Positions 1 through 11,761 of a DNA stretch of 64,000 bases are shown here, one piece after another. The stretch covers positions 20,522,001-20,586,000 of the forward strand of contig OX597826.1 of NCBI GenBank assembly GCA_951406725.2, written 5' to 3'. The position numbers and the translations under genes were made by a program. The DNA is from Octopus vulgaris (Eukaryota). The notes beneath the pieces are model-generated. The model did no database searches, was not told the DNA's origin, and saw nothing but the letters and a program-made list of their open reading frames with translations. Numbering within the stretch: position 1 is the first letter of the stretch; each line of letters starts with the position of its first letter.

Positions 1-29
1 AATAATAATAATAATAATAATAATAATAA

Positions 30-345
30 CTCAGATACCAGGAAACCCCAAAATAATAAGTGCTCATGGGAACTGCTCATATCCTACGCAAAATACTCTC
101 TATGTAATCCCAAGGTTTAAAACAAACTTTTATTTATTTATTTATTTTATTTTATTTTATTTTATTTTTTAAAAATTTTATTTTTATGTATTAGACATTC
201 ACTAGTACAACACCAAAAAAAACCCAAAAAAAAACCCCGAATATATGGCACAGAACTTCCAACCTGCTGTCTCTTGAGGTCTCTGGGTGAGACTTGGAGC
301 CAACTTGTACAGACATAAAGCAAAAGTCAAACGTAGAATAATAAT
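30..345 (+). mobile_element. 5'-truncated 3' end of an R4/Dong-type (RLE) non-LTR retrotransposon in an (AAT)n array
   Basis: Encodes ...VLMGTAHILRKILSM*, typical of the R4/Dong C-terminus. The 3' UTR 'tctctgggtgagacttgg...aagcaaaa' matches the copy ending near 38790. Flanked by (AAT)n on both sides. Confidence 0.7.
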
Positions 346-357
346 AATAATGATGAT

Positions 358-903
358 GCAGTACCAGGCAGTGGCTCTCATGGCTTCTGATCTTAACTGA
401 TTGGAAGTGTTATCATGTACATTGTTTTGTCTTGGTATAAAAGATGGGCTACAGCAAATATTCTGCTCAATACCACAGATTTGCTTGTCAGTTGTTTGAC
501 CTTAACCAGTTGAGCATGTCCCTTAGTGGCTGACGATATGTGCATCTCTGATCACGAGCAGAAGTAGTGGGGGAGCATCATAGCCATGTGTTGAGAGGGA
601 TTCTTTGGGGTTTGAATAATTCACCTCTGGAAACATGGGTGGTTCTTTCAACATCCTTAAACAACCCTTATTCAGGGACCTTTTGAGCGGGATGGGCTAC
701 TCAACCTGAAGAAAATCCTAACTGGGCCCCACCTGCAAGGTCATGTGCTGTTTATCTTGATATGAGATCACCATGTCGCGCACATATGGTTGTGATGCAT
801 GTGCCTGGTGTACCCTTATCAGACGGGTAGTCATGATGGGTATATTGGGCTTCGTATATTTTACCCCAGTGTCACTTTGATGGCATGCACTGCTCTCTCA
901 CTC
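358..903 (+). mobile_element. ~550 bp non-coding interspersed element flanked by (AAT)n (family E)
   Basis: A diverged second copy lies in inverted orientation at 14789-15256; both copies are embedded in TAA arrays. No ORF or clear tRNA A/B box. Strand assumed from the (AAT)n tail. Confidence 0.7.
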
Positions 904-963
<60 letters not shown>

Positions 964-964
<1 letters not shown>

Positions 965-1314
965 GCTTCAGATTTTGCCACAAGGGCAGCAATTTTGGGA
1001 GAGGGGATGAGTCGATTACAGTATTTATTTTCTCTGCCGCTACGTTCTGAGTTTAAATTCCGCCGAGGTCGACTTTGCCTTTCATCCTTTCGGGGTCTTG
1101 GTATAAGTACCAGTTACGCACTTGGGTCGATATAATCTACTTAATCCGTTTGTCTGTCCTTGTTTGTCCTCTCTGTGTTTAGCCCCTTGTAGGTAGTAAA
1201 AAAATAGGTATTTATTTTATCGGCCCCGAAAGGATGAAAGGTAAAGTCGACCTCAGCGGAATTTGAAATAAGCATTTCGTCAAGCGTGCTAACGACTCCG
1301 TCAACTCGCCGCCT
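964..1314. mobile_element. Nested family-A SINEs: a plus-strand copy (~1032-1207) inside a minus-strand copy
   Basis: Family-A core 'gtcgactttgcctttcatcctttcggggtc' on + and its complement 'ccccgaaaggatgaaaggtaaagtcgac' on -. 'gtatttatttt' is repeated at 1021 and 1208 (TSD-like). Confidence 0.75.
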
Positions 1315-1607
<293 letters not shown>

Positions 1608-1768
1608 TAATAATTGCTCATTATTAGTGGGATTGAAGAATTTCCAAAGATTATTTAGAAATCTAAGAAAACAGCAATTGCACTGTCCCAAGTAAAAGAG
1701 AGTTTGCGTTAACGGTTGACTGGTTAAAGTAGTAATGTTTAAGAAGATTGTTACTAAACTTACGAGAT

Positions 1769-1837
<69 letters not shown>

Positions 1838-2341
1838 AAAGAAGATGATGATGATGATGATGATGATGATGAGATCAGTGATATAAATTACATCTTAGGA
1901 TATCTTATCTCCAATGAAGCATCGGTTTTGTCCCATGAATGGACGGTGAATGTTGTGTCCAATAATTGCTAAAAATTAAAGTTCATATTTGAATAATTTG
2001 TATTTAATCATGGAAAGAGTCTGCAATACAATCCTTATCCTTCTTCCACACCACCTTCTACTTTCACCTTTATTGCTCTCCCCCAGTTACCCTCTACCCT
2101 CTACTTTCTAACTTCCAGAAGAAGTGAAGAATTCATGAATACTTGCATGTAATGTTTGTTTGGAACGAGAAAGAAATGGTGGAATTAGAGATGAGAAAAT
2201 AAAAGAAAGAAAGAAAGAAGGTAAGAAAGCGGGATTGTGAAGTAAAAAGAAAAGAATGCAAAGAGGAGAAAGAAAGAAAGAAATCGAGAAATAATAAAGA
2301 AGTGTAGACATGAAGATACAGTGAAAGAAAGTATAGACTGA

Positions 2342-2387
<46 letters not shown>

Positions 2388-2516
2388 CGTAGTAGTTGGA
2401 GAGTTGTAGAAAGGTTGGCAAAAACGTTGTTGTCTCATTTTTGGATCGCTTCGGGGAATATTCCGACTCAATTTCTCGATGCATAATTTCGCACATGAAT
2501 TGAATTGGTCATCTTG

Positions 2517-2522
2517 ATATAC

Positions 2523-2575
<53 letters not shown>

Positions 2576-3750
2576 CGTATATGTGCATGTGTGTTTGTTT
2601 ACATATACACACACATACATACATACATACATATATCAAATGTTTATTTTTCTCCACCCCACAAACTGTTCCACACAAACCCCTGTTTTAGGACAGGAAG
2701 GAGATTGTCTCACAACACAATATTTTATTGGAGCTAATTTGATATTTGGTTCAAATTACCGGACAAAATACTTTCTTGAGAAATGGCACAAAGCCATTTT
2801 CTGTAAAGAGATAGTTATTTGATTCCTTAGACATTGAGAATATTTTGGTCAACAGAGTTAAAGTCATACTGGAGCAATATACTCAGAGTTGAATGTTGTT
2901 TAAATTCTGTGTTCTTTCAGTGTATATTCGGTGGTTCTAATTCTTTCCTCGTTCATCTGTCTAACATCGCCAATAAATGGCTAAACGAATTAGGGAAGAT
3001 GTCTCAGATTGTAACATTTTGGTTAATCAAGGGGACTGGAGAGACAGTAATCGAGGTACTATTTAAAAGGTACTTGTATGTGTGAATGTTTATATGTGTA
3101 TGTGTGAAGATATGTGAGTGTGTGAATCCATCGGTCAGTGAGTGATGTTATCGCAGAATGAGAATAATTAATATCAGTTTAAGGAACTTTACTGAATTCT
3201 CTTATCAATAGTCCTGCGAGGAATATCAAGCCATTCCCTTTTATCACCGCAAGACATTTTCTTCTCCCTTATAGACTACTCATACTCCCTAATGGCTGTT
3301 ATAGACCATCATCCCTAGTTTCGTTAGATCCCACTTATCATCATCGTCACAATTCAGTGACTAATCACTGTAAGCCCTCTTCCTATTTACCAAAGATTGG
3401 AACTCATTCCCTGATAAATTTCCAGAAGAACTGATCCCTCTTTTCCTGTTTACAATTGTTCTGTGTATACAGTTCAGTTTAATTTGCACACACAATGTTG
3501 GATAAAAAAAAAAGTGTGTGTACATTATAGCGTAGACTGTAGACAACAGTTGGCATTTGAGCAAATATTTTTGGTAAAATGAAATTTTTGATAGATTAGA
3601 TACAAAATCATTCCGCTTCACACGATCCAAATAATTCTAAGTTTTATCGAAAATATCCCGAATAATGTTTCTTTCAACCGAAATGTTGTTTCTACATCAT
3701 ATATATAAATATATATATATATGTATATATATATATGTACGTGTGTGTGT

Positions 3751-3800
<50 letters not shown>

Positions 3801-4105
3801 GTATATATATACATATATACGTATATATATATGCACATACACACACACACATATATATATATATACATACACATACCTCGTATATACATATATATGTGTG
3901 TGTGTGTGTGTGTATGTGTGCGTATATGTGCATGTGTGTTTGTTTACATATACACACACATACATACATACATACACACATACATACATACATACATATA
4001 TCAAATGTTTATTTTTCTCCACCCCACAAACTGTTCCACACAAACCCCTGTTTTAGGACAGGAAGGAGATTGTCTCACAACACAATATTTTATTGGAGCT
4101 AATTT
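2517..4105 (+). repeat. Local direct duplication of ~220 bp (2517-2740 and 3882-4105)
   Basis: Identical unique sequence 'tcaaatgtttatttttctccaccccacaaactg...ggagctaattt' plus the same upstream (TG)n/(TACA)n pattern; offset 1365. Confidence 0.9.
3290..3460 (+). mobile_element. Possible highly decayed LINE RT C-terminal fragment (L2/CR1 group)
   Basis: Reads LFLFTKDWNSFPDK, resembling the WNxLP motif at LINE ORF2 ends; only one short motif supports this. Confidence 0.3.
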
Positions 4106-4171
4106 TATAACCTAAGATAACAGTAAACTGGCCGCAGGCATGATCGTTGACGACTAAAGTTATTTAACTAA

Positions 4172-4330
4172 AGGCATGGCTACGCGGTTAAGAAGTTCGC
4201 TTTGTAACTATGTTGTTTCGAGTTCAATGCCATTGCACGGCAGCTTGGCCATTTGATTTCTTCCCCAGCATCAGATCTCCTAAAGTTCTGTCAGTGGAAT
4301 ATGGCGAGGAAGACTGTTAGAGAAACTGTT
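4172..4330 (+). mobile_element. Decayed family-B SINE head
   Basis: 'ggcatggctacgcggttaagaagttcgctttgtaactatgttgtttcgagttcaatgccattgcacggcagcttgg' aligns to the family-B head. Confidence 0.55.
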
Positions 4331-4717
4331 CTGGTTCGCTTGTGGTAGACTGCATGTGTCGCCTGCTTTCATTCCCCTCCCCCACACACCAGGGACCTCT
4401 TTAGCAGTTCTGGGTTACCTTCAGTAAGACCCTCTCTGTTACAAGTGTTATGGCCAGGTCTCCTGAAAAGGAAGGGTTAGGTCTGTTGCCCGGCTTCATT
4501 AGCCCGAATGAGATGTCACAAAATATTTTGCCATATTCTTGGTGTCAGGTATTTAAGGGGCGTTAGTGAATGAGCGGCACCATCTCGACGTCCTGTGTTA
4601 TTTGTAAGGTAAGGGAAATGTTAAACATATGAAAAAAAGCTTAGAATTGGAATAAGAGATGGGAAATATGAGCGGAAACCGTAGCATGTATCATCATCAT
4701 CATCATCACCATCATCA

Positions 4718-4750
<33 letters not shown>

Positions 4751-4767
4751 TCATTATCTCCATCTGA

Positions 4768-4836
4768 AAGAATCTCCAGAAATAACAGCACCGCCTGTGA
4801 AAGTACTCCAGTGCCATTATTCTTCCTGTGATCCTC
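4768..4836 (-). ncRNA. Pre-miRNA-like RNA hairpin
   Basis: Minus strand GAGGATC-A-CAGG-AAG-AATAATGGCACTG-[15 nt loop]-CGGTGCTGTTATT-TCTG-GA-GATTCTT gives ~24 bp including several G-U pairs that work only on this strand. Confidence 0.3.
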
Positions 4837-5365
4837 ATTGCAAAAAACACAAACCTTTCTTAACAGACTGTCTTCTACTCATACTGAAAACAACTTTATA
4901 TAACAACAAACGTAAGGAATAGCGGGATCTCGCTTAAAGAATCCCAGGTCAGCTAAAAATACGAAGGGAACATTGAGTAATGTAGTTCTTGGCAGGGCGG
5001 TCACTCTTGGACCGGTTTTGAACCAAGAACAGGGCCGACTTAGGATTAAACAAGAACATCAGGCAGAAAAAGAAAAAGAAAAATAACAACACTAAGAGCG
5101 AAAGAATTGTAAAACATCGTAGAATACATCAGAGATGGAACTGGTGAAATTTTAAATGTAAAAGGAAACGAATCACAGAAAACATCCCCAAAAAGAAAAC
5201 GATATAAAGAGTTAAGAGTAATACGACAGTTGCATTTATATAAGATCAGTTATATCTTGTAGTTAGGTCAGGTTTACTTATAAATCCTCCAGCCGCAAGC
5301 CAGAAATATTGTGATGTTTCATTTCTATTAAAACAACTCAACTATACAAGGCTTCTACCATTCAC

Positions 5366-5518
5366 CTTCGTTCTACTTCTTTGTGTCTTCTTCCCGGAAT
5401 TATTGATATGTGAAACCCAACTGTACCCAATACAACTATTGTTTCATTTAAAGAAGTATTTCCTTTATTGTGTTTGGTTGTCTTGCAGTAATTACTATCT
5501 CCACTGGATCTGTTAAAC
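5366..5518 (-). other. Candidate internal exon (153 nt, frame-preserving)
   Basis: Acceptor ttttatttag|G and donor AAG|gtgaat. One open frame, FNRSSGDSNYCKTTKHNKGNTSLNETIVVLGTVGFHISIIPGRRHKEVER; no recognised homology. Confidence 0.35.
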
Positions 5519-6484
5519 CTAAATAAAATCAACTTGATGTGTTGAGAGATCAATTTCAGCGAAGTCAACAATGGACGTCAATTTTGTTTGACGAAATTCT
5601 AGTAAGTGGGGAAACAGTTATCTCCCCCTGTCACTAAATTATGTTAGCAGTTGGTGGTTCGCCAGTGGAGGCTTTTGAATCCTTATCACTATGTTGAGAG
5701 ATAGAGGCGTATAGACATAGACATGTGACAGATAGCTGAAAAACTGCCAAACTCCATAGATAGAGACTATCGATCAGTATCTTCCTCTATTGAATTGCAA
5801 TTTTTATTTCAGCGAAGCCCATTAAATAAGAATTTTGTCGAATGTATCAATGTTGGCGCTTAACCAACATAATACGGTAAGGCTGACATGTAGTTGACAA
5901 GGTTCCACACATTATCAGAGCGATCACTTCGTCCTGTATGAGGCAAAATTATTGCATGGTGGACATAGAAACAATAATTCACATTGCTAACGTGAAAACA
6001 ACTCGACTCGAGTCATTAACCATGCATACGAAATAATTATCGTGGAAATTGCAAATTAATTGTTGCATTAAGTTGTGAGAGAATAGTTCTGTAATCTGAA
6101 GAGTTTTTAACGAGAAACTAAGATTTACTGGCCAGAAATGTGAACGGGGTGGATTGGTGGGGTTAAACTGATATGAAAATGTGACATTTATGTATTTTCT
6201 CCTGGCATCTGAGACTTCAATAAGGAAATGGAACTCTAACTGGGGATTGAACACAAGACAAGGCGGTCTGGGGCTGTCAAAGACACCACAGCAACACCAT
6301 AACACGCATAACGAGACAAACTACATAATTTGCTGGACCATAATTAATGGTGTATTTACCGTTTACAATATTAAAACTATATTTTAGAACGGTGGAAACG
6401 ACTGAGATTCAGTGCTTAGTTGGACGAAATTTCTTCAATACTCCAAATATCTCGGTTCTGAATTCAAAGTCTGTCGGAATTCCA

Positions 6485-6587
<103 letters not shown>

Positions 6588-6894
6588 CATTCTCAAGAAA
6601 GGTTCTCAAGAAAGCAAATCTTCAACCCTGAAGAAAGAAAATTAGTAGAGTCGTTCAGAGAATGCCTTGTGATATTAGATCCATAACGGATCCACCCCTG
6701 CGACCTGAATTAAAATCCAATAAAATAAATGTACTCAACATTTCAAATATATTGAGTCCAATATTGAATTGTGACTCACATAATTATCATATGATTAAGT
6801 AAATCTGAGATATGCTTAGATACTCAGAAAAGTATTGACTCGAATTGGCCCAAGCCATGACTTACTTAATAGCACCACCTGGTAAAGACATTTA

Positions 6895-7085
6895 ATGATG
6901 TTTCAGTCATTCTTTAGGCACCATAGCCCATTCGATTAATGATTTATTGTTTGCATCATATTCAGGTGTAGGCAATTTACTTGGAATCTGTTGGAGATAT
7001 TCGTCCAGGAACTGTTGGAATGTTATGTGACATTTTTCTTCTTTTATGTGTCTTGGCATCATGTAAAAAAGAACAGGGCCAGTTG
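6895..7085 (-). mobile_element. LINE ORF2 C-terminal fragment (CR1/L2-like group)
   Basis: GPVLFYMMPRHIK...FQQFLDEYLQQIPSKLPTPEY...NKSLIEW resembles the GPxLFNxLP...FKxxLDxFLxxIPDxP end of CR1-group RTs. Confidence 0.6.
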
Positions 7086-7150
7086 AGGTGATACGCGTGT
7101 GTGTGTATCGGTGGGAGAGAGCGAAATTCAATGGGTCGAACGAATATGCA

Positions 7151-7441
7151 ATGACCGTTGACTCTCAAGAGTTCCTCCGCCCTTTGACGGGTTTTGTTTT
7201 TCATCCCGCAGGGTGTCCAATAAACACCCTCCTCACCAAGCAAGGTTGGTGGGGTAGCCGGTTTAGTCGCCGACGACTTGACCATGCAACAGGTTGTACT
7301 GGGTTACATGTTACCAGTAGCACTCGAAAGTAACCTGACATACTCGTTCGAGGTGTCGATGTTCACTGAGTCCTACAATTCGCATAACTTCACGCGGATA
7401 GCCGCGCTCTTCATCGACGGACGAGCCGAGTGATCCCGCCC
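7151..7441 (-). mobile_element. Partial duplicate of the 5.8S-headed RTE-type element (5' part only)
   Basis: Identical to 8688-8978 (offset 1537). Identity continues into the flanking (TACA)n, including its 'tactta' interruption. Confidence 0.85.
7345..7441 (-). pseudogene. 5.8S rRNA-derived fragment (copy 1)
   Basis: Minus strand GGATCACTCGGCTCGTCCGTCGATGAAGAGCGCGGCTATCCGCGTGAAGTTATGCGAATTGTAGGACTCAGTGAACATCGACACCTCGAACG matches the conserved metazoan 5.8S core. No ITS, 18S or 28S context. Confidence 0.85.
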
Positions 7442-7468
7442 AACATACATACATACATACATACATAC

Positions 7469-7557
<89 letters not shown>

Positions 7558-7638
7558 TATACATACATACATACATACATACATACATACATACATACAT
7601 ACATACATACATACATACACACACGCACACACACACAC

Positions 7639-7700
<62 letters not shown>

Positions 7701-7703
<3 letters not shown>

Positions 7704-7811
7704 CGCAGGCGTAGCTGTGTGATAAATAGCTTGCTTGCCAACCACATGGTTCCGGGCTCTGTTTCACTGCGTGGCACCTTGGGTAAGAGTATTCTACTAT
7801 AGAAGCCTGTC

Positions 7812-7899
<88 letters not shown>

Positions 7900-8125
7900 A
7901 CATATGTTTGTGTGCCTGTGTTTGGCCCTCAACATCGCTTGATAACCGGTGCAGGTGTGTTTATGTCTCCGTAACTTAGCGTTTCGGAAAGGGACCAATA
8001 GAATAAGTTCTGGGCTTACAAGGAATAAGTTCTGGGGTCGATTTGTTCGACTAAAGGCGGTGCTCCAGCATGGCCGCAGTCAATTAATTGAAACAAATAA
8101 AAGAATAAGAGAATAGAATAAAAGA
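7701..8125 (+). mobile_element. Family-B SINE (tRNA head, CORE-like 'gcgtggcaccttgggtaag', internal microsatellite)
   Basis: Head 'ggcgcaggcgtagctgtgtg...ggttccggg', tail 'ggcggtgctccagcatggccgcagtc...gaaacaaataaaaga'; many copies in the window. Confidence 0.8.
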
Positions 8126-8320
8126 ATATATATATATATATATATATATACGCGTAAATAAATATATACGGACATATAAATGTATATGTATATATATATA
8201 TATGTATGTGTATATATACATACATGCACACACACACACGCATATATATATACATACATACATACATACATACATACATACATACATACATACATACATA
8301 CATACATACATACATACATA

Positions 8321-8980
8321 CCTGGTGGCTGCCCCCTCGTTATCGAGTATGGCCATTGCACGAAGCTTAATCAATGTTGTTATCGTGCAATGCCTGTGCA
8401 AGAAGATTCTTTTTAAAGTGAGGAAAGGCTGAGCACTGAGTCAATCCCACTCACTAAGCAACAGCAGCCATAATCCGAAAAGAAGAACAAGTCAACATCA
8501 TCGGTAACCACTGAGCCACAGGTTTTATGTCGGAGTTATCCCAGTTACCTGAGTTACCTTCTCCTAGAAGGATGCCCTAACAAAGGCTAGGAGTCCTTCA
8601 CTCCCAATGGTTTAACCGCGCGATCGGGTATTCAGTCCGATTATTTCTATGTCCCCGCGCATGATACAGCCATAAGACATTTATTGGATGACCGTTGACT
8701 CTCAAGAGTTCCTCCGCCCTTTGACGGGTTTTGTTTTTCATCCCGCAGGGTGTCCAATAAACACCCTCCTCACCAAGCAAGGTTGGTGGGGTAGCCGGTT
8801 TAGTCGCCGACGACTTGACCATGCAACAGGTTGTACTGGGTTACATGTTACCAGTAGCACTCGAAAGTAACCTGACATACTCGTTCGAGGTGTCGATGTT
8901 CACTGAGTCCTACAATTCGCATAACTTCACGCGGATAGCCGCGCTCTTCATCGACGGACGAGCCGAGTGATCCCGCCCAA
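8321..8980 (-). mobile_element. Non-autonomous bipartite RTE-type element with a 5.8S rRNA-derived head
   Basis: Order on -: 5.8S fragment, structured segment, RTE-5'UTR-like motif 'ctaggagaaggtaactc...aaacc', short 3' end 'ctcgataacgagggggcagccaccagg', then (TATG)n. No ORF. Confidence 0.65.
8882..8978 (-). pseudogene. 5.8S rRNA-derived fragment (copy 2)
   Basis: Same sequence as 7345-7441. Has the conserved 5.8S motifs GGATCACTCGGCTCG, CGATGAAGA.CGC, GAATTG.AGGA and CATCGA; 3' part of 5.8S is missing. Confidence 0.85.
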
Positions 8981-9005
8981 CATACATACATACATACATA
9001 CATAC

Positions 9006-9077
<72 letters not shown>

Positions 9078-9139
9078 TATGTATACATACATACATACAT
9101 ACATACATACATACATACATACATACATACATACATACA

Positions 9140-9173
<34 letters not shown>

Positions 9174-10195
9174 CATCCACACATGCATACATACATGCAT
9201 ATATAAATATATATATTTCAGAAATAAAATATTGAGAAACCTCAGCATTGTTTATTTGGTATGATATCAGCCTCTATCGCAACACAGTTCGTTGTTTGAA
9301 GGGTATAAGCGCCGCTCTATACCCCAGTATATTCGTGATTAATCGATACTAATTCTGTCATTCAAACAGAAAACTTTTGATTGAAGCTCATTAGTTTTTT
9401 TTTTAGTCAAAACAATATAATGATATAAATACGATGATTAAAAATTGTAGTTATGATTGAAAAAAACAGACAATACAAACCAATTGCCGATATTGTTCGG
9501 CAATTTTGCTCTTTTTGTCTATTTACTTGATAGATTTTTCATCTTCAGCCATTCGTTGTCGTCTTATATGTTTGTTTTTTGATAAAAGGAATCTGTTATT
9601 TTCTTTTTTCAAATGCCATGATCGCTTTTCTTCCAGTTGGCCTCTCAATTTGCCTCCGTAGTAGAAACATTTCAACAATCTTCATCAAGCCATCTTTTTC
9701 GTCGCCTAAGGGTGGAGAGATTCTAGTACAGGCCTGCCTCACTAGCCATGCGTAGTCAATGTAAATTGGAAAAGTGCGCTGGATATCATTCACTCATGAC
9801 AGAATTAAAACATGACTGTAAATGACTATTCCTTGAGGCTGACGGAAAGTTTAATGAATTATAAGAGAGACAAAAATATACAAATAATAAGAAAAGAAAG
9901 GAAACTGCTGCTGAATTGTGGGAAAAGTCCATTGGAGCTGATCAAGGAGCGAGATAAAACAACAACACAAAAAGAACAAGCGAATATTTATATATATTCT
10001 ACTTGATTTGGGGTGTAGTTCAGGAAAATAGAAATAAAAATCTTACTGAGAAGGGGGGAGGTCGGCGTTGTTGGAAAGACATTGTTTTAGCAAAAAAGAA
10101 AGTTGTATATCTTTATGACAATGAGGTAGATATCAAGTCTATGTATTTCACTATGGTTACATACAGAAATTTAGGTGCACACACGCGCACGCACG

Positions 10196-10263
<68 letters not shown>

Positions 10264-10317
10264 AGCACGCGCACATACACACACGCACACGCGCACGCAT
10301 ACACACACACACACACA

Positions 10318-10652
10318 AACATGTAGATATCAGTTTCATATACTTCCCCGGTTACTTGGTTTATATATAAACATGCGGATATATAAACATGTAGACACAT
10401 AAGCGTCTAGATTTCACTGTGTAATGCTATGTATCTGTATTTCGCTGGTCACTAGTTTGTATTATAAACAGGTAAGTATATAAACATGTAGATATGTACA
10501 TGTGTCGATGTTTTACACATGTAGCTGTATAAACATGTAATATCAGCGTTATATATTTCACTGGTTTATATACGTGGATATATAAACATGTAGTTATGCA
10601 AACATGTAAAATCAGCTTCATGTATTTCACAGGTTTATAAATAAACATGTAT
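10318..10652. repeat. Degenerate minisatellite built on 'tataaacatgta...atcag'
   Basis: Recurring ~70 nt units starting 'aaacatgta' near 10318, 10531 and 10600. Confidence 0.55.
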
Positions 10653-11179
10653 ATTAAAGCAGGCGAATAGCTGTGAGGTTTAGAAATTGGTTTTGCAGCC
10701 ATGTGGCTCCGTGCGATTCGACTGTGTGGTATCCTGGGAATATATATTATTTGGTATCTTGGACATGTAGCCTAGAATTGCCAAATGTTGGTAGAGCGGA
10801 GTTTGCTAGATGGACTTTCGTGTGTGCGTATATGCAAGCATGTGTGTGCGTGGGTGCATACACACGCACACAGATAAAGCCATTTACACAGACAGAGACA
10901 GACAGACAGACAAGCATAGAAACATACACACACACTGAAAAATATGTTCCATATGAAGGACATTGTAACATATGAACACAAACTGAAAGAAACAGTAAAA
11001 TGATGCACATGCACAATGATGCAGACAAGCTCCCCATCAGTTATCGACTAAATATCATCATAATTTCGATACTTTTAGACGATTTGGCTCAACTTAGCCA
11101 CGACAACATAAGCTTCTGGTGTGTAAACGAGTAGATGCGATAGCATACGTACAAACACACACACATACACATACACATT

Positions 11180-11405
11180 CTTTATTCTCTTGTTTCAGTC
11201 ATTTGCTTGTGGCCATGCTGGAGCACTACTTTTAGTCGAACAAATCGATTCCAGGACTTATTCTTTGTAAGCTTAGTACTTACTCTATCGTTCTCTTTTT
11301 GCCAAATCGCTAAGTGACGGGAATGTAAACACACCAGCATCGGTTGTCAAACAATGGTGGTGGTGGTGGGGGGACAAACACAGACAGAAATAGTAAATAC
11401 ATATG

Positions 11406-11478
<73 letters not shown>

Positions 11479-11643
11479 CATATATACGACGGGCCTCTTT
11501 CAGTTTCCATCTACCAAATCCACTCACAAGGCTTTCGTCGGCCCGCGGCTATAGTAGAAGACATTTGCCCAAGGTACCACGCAGTGGGACTGAACCCGGA
11601 ACCATGTTGTTGTGAAGCAAGCTTTTTACCACACAGCCACTCC

Positions 11644-11645
<2 letters not shown>
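11180..11645 (-). mobile_element. Family-B SINE
   Basis: Reverse complement of the family-B head ('gcagtgggactgaacccggaaccatg'), internal (TA)n and tail. Confidence 0.85.
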
Positions 11646-11703
<58 letters not shown>

Positions 11704-11705
11704 AA

Positions 11706-11760
<55 letters not shown>

Positions 11761-11761
<1 letters not shown>

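Noticed and set aside
4794-4818. Similarity to mature miR-263/183 (AATGGCACTGG...TTCAC)
   Set aside because: The matching stretch would run through the hairpin loop rather than lie on one arm, and its middle differs; not assigned to that family.
8882-8978. Functional rDNA locus
   Set aside because: Only part of 5.8S is present, with substitutions and no ITS, 18S or 28S; it is embedded in a retroposon.
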